Below are positions 37,627 to 50,119 of a stretch of 64,000 nucleotides of DNA, one piece after another; the first letter of the stretch is position 1; each line of letters starts with the position of its first letter. The position numbers were made by a program, and so were the translations under genes. The notes under the pieces were generated by a model. The model was not told the DNA's origin. It saw only the letters and a program-made list of their open reading frames with translations, and made no database searches. Source of the DNA: Xylographa opegraphella (lineage: Eukaryota); contig JALDZX010000016.1 of the NCBI GenBank assembly GCA_022813865.1, positions 1-64,000 of the forward strand, read 5' to 3'.

Positions 37627-38172
37627 ATGCGTCTACCCTACGTCCCCGATCCTCCGCCGACCAATTCTGCAGAGGACAGCGCGATAGTAGACCGAGTCCG
37701 AGCCCGTCGAGGCTCACGGGGCCTGACGCCGCTCGACCGCGCCCTGCTACACGCGCCAGCAGTGGCCGATGGATGGAATTCCTTCCTCGGCGCCATCCGC
37801 ACGAAGACGTCGTTGCCGGACGACATCAGGGAGATAGCCATCTGCCGGGTTGCCGTGCTAAATGAAGCCTGGTACGAATGGAAGCATCATGCGCCCATTG
37901 CTCTGGCGGCTGGTGTCAGCGAAGAGTCACTGAATAGCCTGAAGAGCGATAGGGCGAAAGGCTTCAATCAGAAGCAGATGGCTGTGGTGGAGTACACGGA
38001 TGCTATGACTCGAGACGTCAAAGTGCCGGATGCGGTGTTCAATAAGCTACGCGCATTGTTTACGGAGCGGGAGATGGTGGAGATTACTGCGACAGTGGGA
38101 GCCTACAATACCGTCTCCCGATTCTTGGTGGCACTAGACGTCGGAGAGATGAATGAAACAAATGAACACTAG
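37627..38172 (+). CDS. Carboxymuconolactone decarboxylase/AhpD-like protein, intronless
   Basis: LDRALLHAPAVADGWNSFLGAIR, REIAICRVAVLNEAWYEWKHH, TATVGAYNTVSRFLVALDV. Confidence 0.9.
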   Translation: MRLPYVPDPPPTNSAEDSAIVDRVRARRGSRGLTPLDRALLHAPAVADGWNSFLGAIRTKTSLPDDIREIAICRVAVLNEAWYEWKHHAPIALAAGVSEESLNSLKSDRAKGFNQKQMAVVEYTDAMTRDVKVPDAVFNKLRALFTEREMVEITATVGAYNTVSRFLVALDVGEMNETNEH

Positions 38173-38437
38173 ATAGCAGGGGCACCCTCGAATGAGGGAA
38201 GTCTAGATGTTGTACATAAGAAGCCGGCCCTCTGGTTCGACAGGAGTAACCTGCTCCAACTTATATAAAGGCTCATTGGCCAATCATGTCATTTGAGACA
38301 CGTAACCCAACTTTCCAACGCCTTGAGCTATGAATGTATGCAGACCAATGCGGCAGCCTTCTCGTTGCTACAAAAAACGCCCGTCAATGCTACATAGCAT
38401 ACCTTTGCGATAAAACAGTACCTTTTCTTCTCATATC

Positions 38438-41017
38438 TTACTTCTCAGACATTTCCTTTATCGGAACACTGCCCTTTCCTTGCGTTGGCGCTTCGTCCTT
38501 GTATTGGGTGTCTTCGCCTTCACTGAATATCTCTTCATCGCTCTCACCCGCGAATGCATCGTAAAGCTCTCCACCTCTCCTCTTCTTCCTCCCTTGTCCT
38601 CCACTAAGCGGAGCTCCAGCCGCCCCGTCTTGGTCGTCGAGCATCTCGAACTCGTAGTCTGCCCGATTGATGCGTGCGCTTCGTCGCCGCCAAGTGAAGA
38701 AAAATGCTCCGAGTGCGACACAAAACAGCAATATCGCTGTCGCGGCGCCATAAATCCACACCTGAGTGCGCGCAGAAACGCCAAAGGTGGGGAATATAGA
38801 GGGTAGATAGGATGATGGGGTGGAAGTTGCGGAAGTATCGGATCCTGGAGTAGTTGTCGGAGATGCTGTTGTTTCAGTATTGGAGCTTGATTCAGACGCT
38901 GATGCAGACACGGTCGGAGAGGCGGTGCTGGTCTCCATAACAGAAGGCTTGGCATTAACTGGTCGATTAGGATGATCGGATGGTTGAACTGGTATCTCGG
39001 TCTGCTTAGATCCCGGTGCCAAGGTAGTGGTGCTTACCGCCGCGGTGACTGCATCGTGGTCGTCGTCATCGTGGTCGGTTGGCATTGGGTAAAGCTCTTG
39101 CTTAGTCTCATCAATACACTCGCCCCACAAGATCATTCTCCAGTCGGTAAAAGTTCCACTATGTTCGTTTTCGTTTGTGTCTTTAACCAAAATAGTCCAT
39201 TCGCCAATGCCACTTTCGCCCCTGCAAATGGTCAGGAAAGGATCGTCAACAGGGATGAATATTACTGACCAGTGGACTACAGACATAAACGTCCAATCCA
39301 CGTAACCGCTCTTATGTGCATCGTTTCTTCTTGTCGTACTTATATGACTGACAACACCGTCGGGACTGATGAGATCTACATTGAGATCCCCGCGTCGGGT
39401 GTGGTCAATGTTCATCGTAATAGTAACATGTTCCAGACGCTCCACATTCGCCTTCTGTAGCATTTCCTTGGTGACAGTTAGTGAGCTGGACAATCCTTGG
39501 TCGCCTTGTGGGATCTCATGGTTGACGTGCTGCCATGCTGACTTGAACCAAGCTTGAGGCTTGACGGATACGAAGGACTTCGCAGCTTCAACAAGAGCGT
39601 AGGCGTCCAGTTTTCCATAGCCATACGTGTGACTGTATTTTTTACCTATTGTTGTCGTTGCCCATTCTTCGTGCTCGTTAACTGGCACAGCGGTCTGCAC
39701 ACAAAGATATTGAAGATCGCGCCAGGATAAATCAGGGCGGACACCAAGAACCAAAGCAAAAATTCCGGCTCCTAGTGGTGCGGCAGCAGATGTACCTCCA
39801 TGGTTGGTATAGCACTTGTCGCTTCCAACGTCTGTGGTATGGATTGCATCCCCACTACCACTGCTATAGGTTACCACTAATTGTGCTGAACACTTCTCCG
39901 AGTAGTATGGATGTAGACCTTTTCTATCGATAGCGCCAACGGTGATACTGTATATGCTGTTGGTGTAACCATCGAAGTTGCAGTTGTCGTCCGCTGCTGC
40001 ACCATTGCCCGCGGCGAAGACGAAGATGCTACCTTTTCCTCCCCTCCCATTCTGGATTCCATTCACCATTGCTCGTTTTATTAGAGTACCGGGCGCATCC
40101 ATCGACATTCCATTGTCTGGGGGCCCCCAGGAGCAAGAATAAATCTGATTTTTCTGCATTTGATAATTGATAGCTACTGCTTCATCTTCATCGGAGATCG
40201 ATTTTGAGAGGATTCTGAGTCCGGCGACCTTGGCGTCGTATGCAACCCCAACTCCGCAAACATTGTTCCTAACAGCAGCAATCTCTCCGGCACACCTGGT
40301 CCCATGCTTATCATCATTTAGTCTAGGTCTCGGCTCGTCGGTATGATCGTTGAAATCGTAGGATCCCTCAGCAAAGTAATTATCCTTCAAGTCGTCACTG
40401 TACATGTCGAGGCCATCATCAACGACTACAACTGTAGCATTATGGCCAGTAATACCCTCCAACCAAAGCCCAGTCACATTAACATCATGGCCTCGTTGCA
40501 CGGAGTTGAAGAGATGCCATTGATCCGCGAATATGGGATCTCGAATGCTCAGCTGTCGTGCTATCTCCTGTCTTTGGCCAATCGCTGCAGTCGTGTAGTC
40601 ACCAGTGCTGTCAGGGGAGCCTTCAATAACCGGCGGAGCTCTCTCCGGGGCTGGGGGTATAACACTTCTCTTCTCCATCCGCGGCTTCAATCGTTGTTGT
40701 CGGGACCAGAGAATTTTGTCAAGTGGATTACTACTGATTCCAACTGCCCTCTTCCTTCGTCGAATCTTCAGCTCATCGAGCTTATCACTAACCCCTTGAT
40801 TACTGGCGATTGGTGCCGAGAAGTAGTAGTGATCTTTAAGCTCCCCAACCATTCCCTCGTACTTAACGCCAAGAGCGGATGCGACATCCGCGGGGGATAC
40901 ATCGCTTTCGAGATGAAGGGTATAGTAGTCGTGGGTGTTATAATCTCGTGGCTTAAGGACTTCTGCAGAGGCCAAGGCGGCCAGAGCGAGCAAACCTAAG
41001 CAGCTGGAGTAATGCAT
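38438..41017 (-). CDS. KEX2: Kexin, subtilisin-like proprotein convertase; in-frame 48-nt intron at 39269-39222
   Basis: Signal peptide, prodomain ending MEKR, catalytic DDGLD/HGTRCAGE/GTSAAAP, P-domain, Ser/Thr stalk, TM helix, cytosolic YEFEML and ELYDAF motifs. Confidence 0.97.
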   Translation of the reverse strand: MHYSSCLGLLALAALASAEVLKPRDYNTHDYYTLHLESDVSPADVASALGVKYEGMVGELKDHYYFSAPIASNQGVSDKLDELKIRRRKRAVGISSNPLDKILWSRQQRLKPRMEKRSVIPPAPERAPPVIEGSPDSTGDYTTAAIGQRQEIARQLSIRDPIFADQWHLFNSVQRGHDVNVTGLWLEGITGHNATVVVVDDGLDMYSDDLKDNYFAEGSYDFNDHTDEPRPRLNDDKHGTRCAGEIAAVRNNVCGVGVAYDAKVAGLRILSKSISDEDEAVAINYQMQKNQIYSCSWGPPDNGMSMDAPGTLIKRAMVNGIQNGRGGKGSIFVFAAGNGAAADDNCNFDGYTNSIYSITVGAIDRKGLHPYYSEKCSAQLVVTYSSGSGDAIHTTDVGSDKCYTNHGGTSAAAPLGAGIFALVLGVRPDLSWRDLQYLCVQTAVPVNEHEEWATTTIGKKYSHTYGYGKLDAYALVEAAKSFVSVKPQAWFKSAWQHVNHEIPQGDQGLSSSLTVTKEMLQKANVERLEHVTITMNIDHTRRGDLNVDLISPDGVVSHISTTRRNDAHKSGYVDWTFMSVVHWSVIFIPVDDPFLTICRGESGIGEWTILVKDTNENEHSGTFTDWRMILWGECIDETKQELYPMPTDHDDDDHDAVTAAVSTTTLAPGSKQTEIPVQPSDHPNRPVNAKPSVMETSTASPTVSASASESSSNTETTASPTTTPGSDTSATSTPSSYLPSIFPTFGVSARTQVWIYGAATAILLFCVALGAFFFTWRRRSARINRADYEFEMLDDQDGAAGAPLSGGQGRKKRRGGELYDAFAGESDEEIFSEGEDTQYKDEAPTQGKGSVPIKEMSEK

Positions 41018-41953
41018 CGTTCCACACTGTGAAGGGTTTCCAGAGTTTTAAGACAGAGCCATGTACAAGCTGATGAAGTCGCACGCTTTTCAATATCTGG
41101 TCAGATGATGGATGAAGTTCTGCTGGCCTCTTCGAGTTGTGGGGTGTTAGGAGTCGAAGAGTCCCTTTGTTAGTGCTGAGTTGGCCCAAGGAGTAGGTCG
41201 GATACAGTTATGCGATGCACGAGCAAAGAAGTTCTGATGAGGAGAGGAGGAGACAGGAAATCAGAAAGTCAGGATAGCAAAAGACAGTTGCAAGAAGAAC
41301 ATGGATAATATAATTGCATTACCAACATTCGGTGAGATCCATCAGCAGTGCGCAGCAGAGTTGGTCTCTCCGTGGCTTCAAGTAAGGTAAGGTAAGTAAC
41401 AATTCCTGGAGACACGCTAGTGCCCGCCGGTGAGCAAGGGTCACTCCCCAAAGTAGCCTAGTGCGGAACATGCCTTAATAGTAGGTACCCTTGTTACTGA
41501 ACCCTGTCTTGTCCGTCATGCCTGTCATTATTGTCGTTCCACTGCAAGTCGTCGGCAATAATTCAGGTGGCTAGTAGTCGAGGTCGCCGACTGCCATATC
41601 GATACAGGCTTTGTTTTGTGATTGAAATGTCACAGTGCGGCCCACCTCCTCTATATTGCGAGCGTGCACTCTACTCGACAAGCTAAAGCTGTACGATCGG
41701 CTTTCCGCGACAACGAGCTTTTACACATACTCAACAGCTTCAAGCTCTCATGCCAACGACGAATGAGCTCGATGTTGTCGAGCACTTCCTCGGCGACAAA
41801 TAATAGGACCAAAGCTGAAGCTCTAAGGTCTTGAAGGGCCTATAGGTACGGTGTTTCAGCATTCAAGCTCGCGCTTGCAGTAGTCGCTGTTGTCCGATCA
41901 AGAAGCTTGGGGAGCTAATGCTTCGCATTCGATGTAGTACTTGAAAGCTCAAA

Positions 41954-44900
41954 ATGAACCACACAAGGCGCGAGGCATCCGAAAATGCAGGTGCCAGAGC
42001 AAAAACTACACTGATTGATCCCGGCTATCGTCCACCAGTGCAAGAATCTGTTACACCTTCAAGATATGTTTATGGATCGTCAACTGAAGACGAGTTCCCA
42101 CCGGGTCAAGATATGCAAGTAGGAAAACCAACTTCGCGAAGGAAAAAAGCAGGTGAACATAATCATACGCAAAGCCCAAGGGAGAATCATATCCTGCCAG
42201 CGGCTCCAGATGTGCCAATTTCTCCGAGAGGACCTCCGGTATCGTACCGAGTTCCCTATAACGATGGCGATACTGTACCAGTCCGGAGTAACTCCAACAA
42301 GTCATTTGCCGCAAGGGCTGGTGGAAAGCTAGATAAAGTTGATCCATTGCTAGCCAATTCAATTGCAACCAAGGGAATGCCTGCAATAGAGAAAACTCGG
42401 ACGTTGCGTTCTGCAAAGAGTGATCAGCCTTATGATTTGACTTATGCTCAAGTCCAACAGCCGGTCGCTCCCTCTTACTCATCTTCGAGCATCGAGCCTG
42501 CTTCTCCGCATAATTCGTCAATTGCGACAACTCCACGGCTTCTAAATCCCGCTCCGGATCGCAAAAGAGTCCAACCAAAACTGGACACGAATATATCTCC
42601 TGCAGCAGACAAAGTTGACTCACCGTCTTTAGCACGTTCAAGGACGGGCCGCCAAGCCACAGAAGCTTCGGAACGCAGAATCGAGTGGGCTCCGGACCGG
42701 TCACCGTTACAAAGGCTTGAGGTAAAGCTAAATGACATCAGTAAAGAGGAAAAAAGAGCTCGAGTGCAAGAGGCTGAGCAACTACTAAGAGAGTCCAAAG
42801 CTACCAAGGCTCCAGGGATGACTACCACAGAACCACGTGAAAAGCAACGCTCTGTATCCGAGCGAACTCCCATACGCAGTAAGGGTTTTGAGGAAAAAGG
42901 TCCTCGGACCCGAGTCGCTTCAGCTAATGAAGCCAAAATACATGATGAACTTCAACATAACATTGTCGATCGTGAACAGTCTCGCTATCCCGATGAGACA
43001 GACTCTCAATCGAGAGACAAGTCTATTAAGCTCCTTCACAATTCCTCGGAGGCTACGCAGAAACGGATTTCAAGGATACCAATCCGTACTGCATCTCAAA
43101 CCCAGTCTCAGCAAGCTTGGCGGCACCCTACGGCTGCAAGATCCTCGAACCATGAAGATGACCGTAGCGTCAGATTTCAGAATGATGGTAATGGTAGCGC
43201 AAGCGAGGAAACCATTGAACGTTCGGACACAATACTAAAAAACCCCCGGCCACGCAGCCCACCCAATCGAGCTCAAGCTCAAAAACAAAGCCAATCGTCG
43301 AGTAACTCAGGACGTGATATCCCAGAGCAACAGCAGCAGTTATACATGAACAGACTGGATAAGCCGCGAGGAGATGATTCTGCAGCCACCTATAATGGAG
43401 TACCTGATCCCGTGTCTAGTCATAAGGACCGAAATCATGAGTTTGCCCCTAAATACGAGGTGCCCCCTCAAACAGCCTCGGGAATTACGGCTAGGCAAAG
43501 GATCGGCTTCGGCAGCAGAACTGATAATGTTGATCACGAAGGGGATCATCATGGACATCATCTTTCTGACATTTTGCATCTTAATCGACATAAATCGGGA
43601 CAGACGAAAGTAACAGATGACACCACATCTAAATACCTTAATGATTGGAGGACAGGCGGCGTTGCAAGACTTGCGTTGGCAGATCTGACATCGGACGAAG
43701 AGATCCCTACCACTAAAAATACCTGGTGGGAACGAGATGGGTTGAAAACCGCAAGTAGAGGCAGTGTCGCACAAAGACGAGAGATGGACTCATCTACCAG
43801 AAATGGAAGTCAGGAAGTTGTCAATGGTATGGTACCAATCTCCTCTTCAGATCATGCAGCTGTACTGTTCGCACCAGTTTTGCCCGTCAGGAAGTATATT
43901 GAGAACAGTGAGGCTTTGCCGAAACGGCACGGAAGTCACTGGCTACGTCAGCCAGCTTCGATCATTGGACTCTACCGGTCCACATCAATGCAGCGTTCTC
44001 TGTCGTCATTTTATTCTTATTCCTGCCCAGAACTTGCTGAACATGATCCCTCCCATCTTAGTCATATTTGTAAGCCATACATGAGCAAAGAGCTGACTAA
44101 AAGTATGCGGTCTATCCGCGTACGTGTACCAGCAGTTCCTACCACGTTTGATCCACCATTATTTTTAAAGTGTGGACCATTATTACGGTACACCGGTCTA
44201 AAACGGGACAAGCTCGACCGGCCTGCAAGTCGAAATGCTTCAGCGATAGACCGGGAGACATGGCGAGGGAGTGTTATGATAGTCACTATTGATTCGGAGT
44301 CAACGTATAGTCCTGTACCTACGCTACGCTTGTTTCATCAACCTATGGATCTCTTACCGCCACCTCCTCAACAATTTGATGGTGTAGGAGAAGAGGATTT
44401 GCCATCAGAATACGTGGATCCGGTCGCAGGGCTTCCAAAAATGACGAGAAATGGCGGCACTGTCTATGTTAAGCCAGTGGAGGACTTAGAAGAGGGGGTG
44501 GACGTTTCGCGCATTGAGGATGATGATGGATTGTATGAAGTTACACGAACCGCTAACGTACCCACTGGATATGGCAAAGCCGATGAAGTTTTGGGTCGGA
44601 GTCCGCATCCAATTCTCAATAAGCCAAGAGCAACTCAGACCAACAACCGAAGACCGGGAAAGTTTCAGGAGGTCAAAGGTGTGAGGCTTCATGCCGAGCG
44701 CGGAGTCACTTTCTGGCGCTTCAATATGGAAGTCGAACTTGGAGACAATCAGGCTCGTATTGCATACAGAATCAATAAGGCGGCCTCAATCGGATTTTGG
44801 GTTCCCGCAAGAGGGCAGAGCATGAACATTATGTTTCACAGCTGCAATGGTTTCAGCTCAAGTGTCAAGTATGCCGTCTTATTGCAGAGTCGAAAACATT

Positions 44901-47900
44901 ACTAATAGTATGCAGTCCTGCCGATTTTTCTGGACCTGATCCCCTATGGCGCGATGTACTCAATGCTCACCAGACCCGACCGTTCCATGTTATGCTTGGT
45001 GGTGGAGACCAAATCTATAATGATGCTGTGATGAGGCAGACGACGATCTTTCAAGAGTGGCTAAGTATCAAAAATCCTCATCGCAAGCACGAAGCAGAAT
45101 TCACCATCGATATGCAGAATGAACTGGAGACCTTCTATCTAGAACGATACTCTATGTGGTTTTCGCAGGGTCTTTTTGGTATGGCCAATTCGCAAATTCC
45201 CATGATAAACGTATGGGATGATCATGGTACGTATTATTCTCTAGCATTGAGTGCAATATTAATCTTGTGGCTTGGAGCCCGTCGGGAGGACACTTGAAAG
45301 TGGCATGATTGCTGACCGCTTCGCTATAGATATCATAGACGGTTTTGGTTCCTATCCCCATCATTTTATGAGTTCTCCAGTCTTTTCCGGTCTTGGAAAT
45401 GTTGCATTCAAGTACTACATGCTCTTCCAGCACCAGAGTGTCATCGATGAAACGACCGCAGACGAGCCAAGTTGGCTTCTTGGTGCTTCTCCTGGACCAT
45501 ACATCAATGAGCTAAGTAGAAGCGTGTTTATGTTTCTTGGTAAACACGTTGCTTTCCTTGGTCTTGATTGTCGAACGGAACGCATGGTAAGCACCCGAAA
45601 TGTCACGGTGACTTCTTCGTCTAACGACTGAGATAGCGAGACGAGATTCTGAGTGGGGCTTCATATGGTCTAGCGTTTGAAAGATGCCGCCGGGAGATTG
45701 TTCGAGGAGAAACAAAGCACTTGATCGTTTTGCTTGGCGTTCCTATTGCATATCCAAGGCTGGTCTGGCTTGAAAATATTCTGACCAGCAGAGTACTGGA
45801 TCCAATTAAAGCAATGGGTCGAATGGGACTACTAGGCGGATTCTTGAACCAGTTTGATGGAGGAGTAGAAATCCTCGATGATCTCGATGATCATTGGACT
45901 GCGAAAAACCACAAAGACGAACGTAATTGGTTCCTTGAGAAATTGCAGGACTTGGCCGCTGAGAAATCTGTCAGAATTACGATCCTAGGGTATGCTCTAA
46001 CAGGTCCAAGAAATCATTCAATTTTACTAACCGTCTTTACAGTGGTGATGTGCATTTAGCAGCCGTTGGTCAGTTCTACTCTAACCCAAAGCTCGGGATT
46101 CCGAAAGACCAGGACCCTCGATATATGCCCAACGTAATATCTTCTGCCATTGTCAATACTCCCCCTCCAGAGATGATGGGAGATATTCTCAACAAGCGCA
46201 ATAAGGTCCACCATCTTGACGATGATGTGGGTGTAAATGTCCCTTCACACGACGCTTCAAATGCTAAGCTATTTAGACCGACGAAGACATGATCCCAATG
46301 TTCACCCATGACGTAAATGGCAAAGTAAGAAACAACAAGCATTTACTTCCAAGACGAAATTGGTGTTCCATCGCGGAATATCTTCCTGGTATGTTGTTTT
46401 ATTCGATTCCAGCATGGCTATGGTCAGGAAGACTAACTCATTACGAGGCTCCACACCACCTCCAACACCTCCACTATCTTCAGCAGGCATATCAGAAGAA
46501 TCTCTACCTCAACGTCCACCAAACAGACTCCAGAGGACCTTATCCTTAAACCAGGGAGAATCCCGGCCTGGAAGTCTGTTACGACGGCTATCCTTATCTC
46601 AACGGAGACCCTCCTCTCCTTCTTATTCTCCCAACGAGTACACTTCTCCATCAGCGCAGGCTCCACTAGATCGCACATCGTCCGACGGCTACTTTCCTTC
46701 TCAAGCAAAGCCCTCTGATACAGCTACGAACGGAATTGGATCGTCTCGCAATGTTTCTGCACCACTTCCAACGCGTCCTATAAGTTCCTTTCACCGTCGT
46801 CCGACAAATCTAAGCGATAAAGCGGCGCTAAAAGGAGGTGTTAACAACCCACCTGAAATAAATCTTGAGTTTGGGCTGGATATCAAAATCAATTGTGAAG
46901 TTCAACAGAAAGACCCTGCAGGCTGCACAGTGCCATATCGGCTGCTAGTGCCCGCGTTGTGGCATCAAGGTGGCGTTGAAGGACTGATGACAAAAGAGAG
47001 GAAGCCAAGCTTATTCAAAAGACTGGGAAGTCTACGTGGGCGCAAGGGAGGGGCGTCACGACAAAATGCTGGAGAATGGGGAGGCGCTCAAAGTGAGACA
47101 GGTAGCGAGAGCGAGGCCGAAAATGTGCAACATGGACCAGGGAAATTAACCAAACGGAACCCAAGCTTACGACAAAACTACAACGAGCCTCAATCTCGCA
47201 GTCAAACCCAAGACCTTGTGGCTAGTCCTGTGGTAGCTGGTATACGCACCGTCAACCAAGGTCAACAGCAGACACAAAATCGCGATACGCATTCAGCATC
47301 TGGAGGAGCATACACTTATAGCAACGGCCAATCGACTTCTACCCAATTTATGAGTCCCCACTCCTCGAGCATCGATCCTGGCAATCCCTTGATATCCAAT
47401 TACCAAGCAGTAGGACCGCCACAAAGGAATCGGAGCACGATATATCCAAATTCTTCAAATGCGACCGCGGAAGTAGATCCAGTTGTACAGCGCACCAGGA
47501 GCAACTTCGATACTGGGGGAAACAGCAAAGTCTTTCGTGGTTCACCTGGAGCGGTGAAGGAAGCGGATTCGTCGTTGCAGCGCACCCGAAACAATGTCGA
47601 CACAAATGGTAGTTATAAGTCTTTTGACACACCACCTGTGACAGGGGACGGGATCGATATGCCAATCGCTAGAACTCGAAGTAAATTTGAACCCAACGGA
47701 AACAGCAAGTTCTTCGGAAGCCCTCCGCCCGCCAGTTCGCCAACGGAGCTACCTGGCCAGAGACGGGGAAGCAAGTTCGACAGCAACGGGAATAGCAAGT
47801 TCTTTGGAGCAACAAATGATGTCCAAAGTGGTGGTGGAGGCGGCTATAATGGCATCGATGCATACAAGGACAATAATAAAGTGTGGGACAGACTTTTCAG

Positions 47901-47925
47901 AAGGGGGAGTAAGAGGGGCGCATAA
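41954..47925 (+). CDS. Large protein with central PhoD-like metallophosphatase domain and long disordered N- and C-termini, multi-exon
   Basis: CGPLLRY, MFHSCNGFS, GGGDQIYND, WDDH|DIIDGFGSY, DCRTER, DDLDDHW, G|GDVHLAA, SSAIVN motifs joined by canonical introns. Confidence 0.85.
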
Positions 47926-48259
47926 TGCCGTTCGGAGAAATAGCAGAAATTCATGCCTTATGACTAGCACGCATGGTTTGTGTTGTTATTATGAGGTTGT
48001 ATAGGGTTCCAGCGACTTGTATTGGTCTGGGTAATTATATATTGTTTGGGTATCTGTACTATTCAACGCAGTATGCTAAACTTGGGTATCGAAGTCAACA
48101 AGAGCAGTTCATAAGTGCTGATTATGGACGTGTCCGGGACAACTCCAACCTTGTATCCATGCAATATGCTACCTACAGAATCGCCGTCCAGAGCACCAAC
48201 GCGACGCTATATGATGTTAATGCCTTTCCCGTCACTAAATCCCGAACTCCGTAAAAAGG

Positions 48260-49547
48260 CTACGAGCTTTGCTTCATAGTCCCACATCCAGCACATGTCC
48301 ACCACTCGCTTTCCATGAAGTTTCCGCACTGGTGGCATACCCATCCCAGAGGCTTCTTGCTGTTCACGGCCGAAAGCGAAGACAGAGATTTGATAGACTT
48401 GCTGGGTGGATTCTTTGGCTTGACCGAGGAATGTGGCGGTGGTTTGGCCGTAGATTTTGAATATGCTGGAGAGTTGAAGGTTGGGAATGTTGAGGCAGGA
48501 CGCCCGGTACCACAGGCATCGCACAGCAGGTAATTGGAGGGGTTGTGAAGGGTGCAGATATCACAAGACCATCCATGTGTACTCATATCGGGCATTGTAT
48601 ATGCTGCTTGTGGCGGCTTTGAATTGGTCGGTATTGACGGCTTCGTGAACTCAGGCACAGGTGTCGGCAAGCCTGGTTTAAATCCTTGGGGGATTGATCT
48701 GCCCTGGGTACCTGCCGGATTGGACTTACTGGGCTGGACGTAGTCGTTGCCATACTTTTCCCGCTCCTCTTCTTGTATCATCTCGATGTAAGCTTGCATG
48801 ATTGCGTCCTCGTTCGCATCATCCTCCTCAGCCTTTGTCCGGAACCCGTTACGAGTCGTCTCTTCAACTAGGCCTTGCCCTCTTTCTGTGCCGCTAGCGC
48901 AGCCTCTCTCCACAGTACTGCGTCTGGTAGCAGCGTCCGCGATCACCTTTCGAATATCCTCGCCCCGCCGGACAGATCGACCTCCGAGCTTCTGGCCGCT
49001 GCCGGCGTTAAGGGTCTGACGTTTCTCCGCTGCAGCACGAGCCCGCCGCCGGGCTTCGTGCATAGGTATGCGACCTCCACCCAGTTTATGACCGTTTGAG
49101 AGGAACCCTTCTCCTGTATAGCCTTTGCGAATGAGGTTTTCGTGCTCGTCGCGGAGTTGGTTCCACAATTTATGGAAGGGCTCATCGTGAGGTCCGTGAA
49201 CGATGTGGCATAACCTTGAACCCTTAGTAATGGGGAATAGTTCAGTTGCTAAAGACGTCTCACTCGTGTAGCATTGTATCCACCACCTCTTCTATAGGTA
49301 GAAATTGTCGTTCGTCAGAAGGATATCGTAGTCTCAGGCATATCTTCTGGCCCTTGTTCCAGTTCACACCGAGAAGGTTCTTTTCTGGCGGCCAGAACTC
49401 CGCCAGAGTCCCGACTGTCCATCCTCTTTGCCTCATGATGGGCTTCACCAGAGAGGCTACCTTGCGAAGCGTCTGGAGGGCCTCGGCCTCTCGTGGGCGG
49501 AATTTTTCGTGCTCATATTCTACAATTTGGGGGTCGTGCTCGTGCAT
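48260..49547 (-). CDS. WSS1: DNA-protein crosslink metalloprotease Wss1 (WLM domain plus two RanBP2-type zinc fingers), 2 exons
   Basis: LAEFWP, LLGVNWNKGQKICLRLR, HE|LCH zinc motif split by an intron, GxKLGG SHP-like boxes, WSCDICTLHN and WVCHQCGNFM fingers. Confidence 0.95.
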
Positions 49548-50119
49548 GTCGAAAGTGTCGAAAGCGATATGCAGTATCAAAGTCTTTTTTCAGAGAAGAC
49601 GTCAAGCCACGCTCGAGGCAGACAATGGATGTGGTGGTAGAGCCTCTAGAAGCGAAGGGAACGATGGACCTGCTCTGACAAATCAAAGAGAAACACCTCG
49701 AACGCCATGACACAGACCACGAGATAAAGAATAAAGTTATAAAGTGGATGATTTTATTACATAGAGTATATCCAAGTGGTGAGTCGTCGCTCCAGAATCA
49801 CGTGAGCTCTCTCCCGTTGATTTTGCGGGTTGTAAGTCCCGGGGCAGCTTCAATCATCATGCGAGGCGTTCCACGAGGTAGAATTACGAAACCGAGTGTT
49901 AGAACAAGATACAAAGATTGAGTCACAGAACTTGATCGGCTTATATATCCTACTCCCTTATGCGCTACAGAAACAGCATCACAGATCTGAAGAGCAAGCC
50001 ACAGTGGCGAGGCATGCGCAGGGTTTAGGAAAGCTAGGATATGGCTGAAGTCCCTCCTATCCAAAACTGACGTCAATCGTCTTACTGAATGTTTGCTGCT
50101 GTCAACCTATCGAGCCGGC

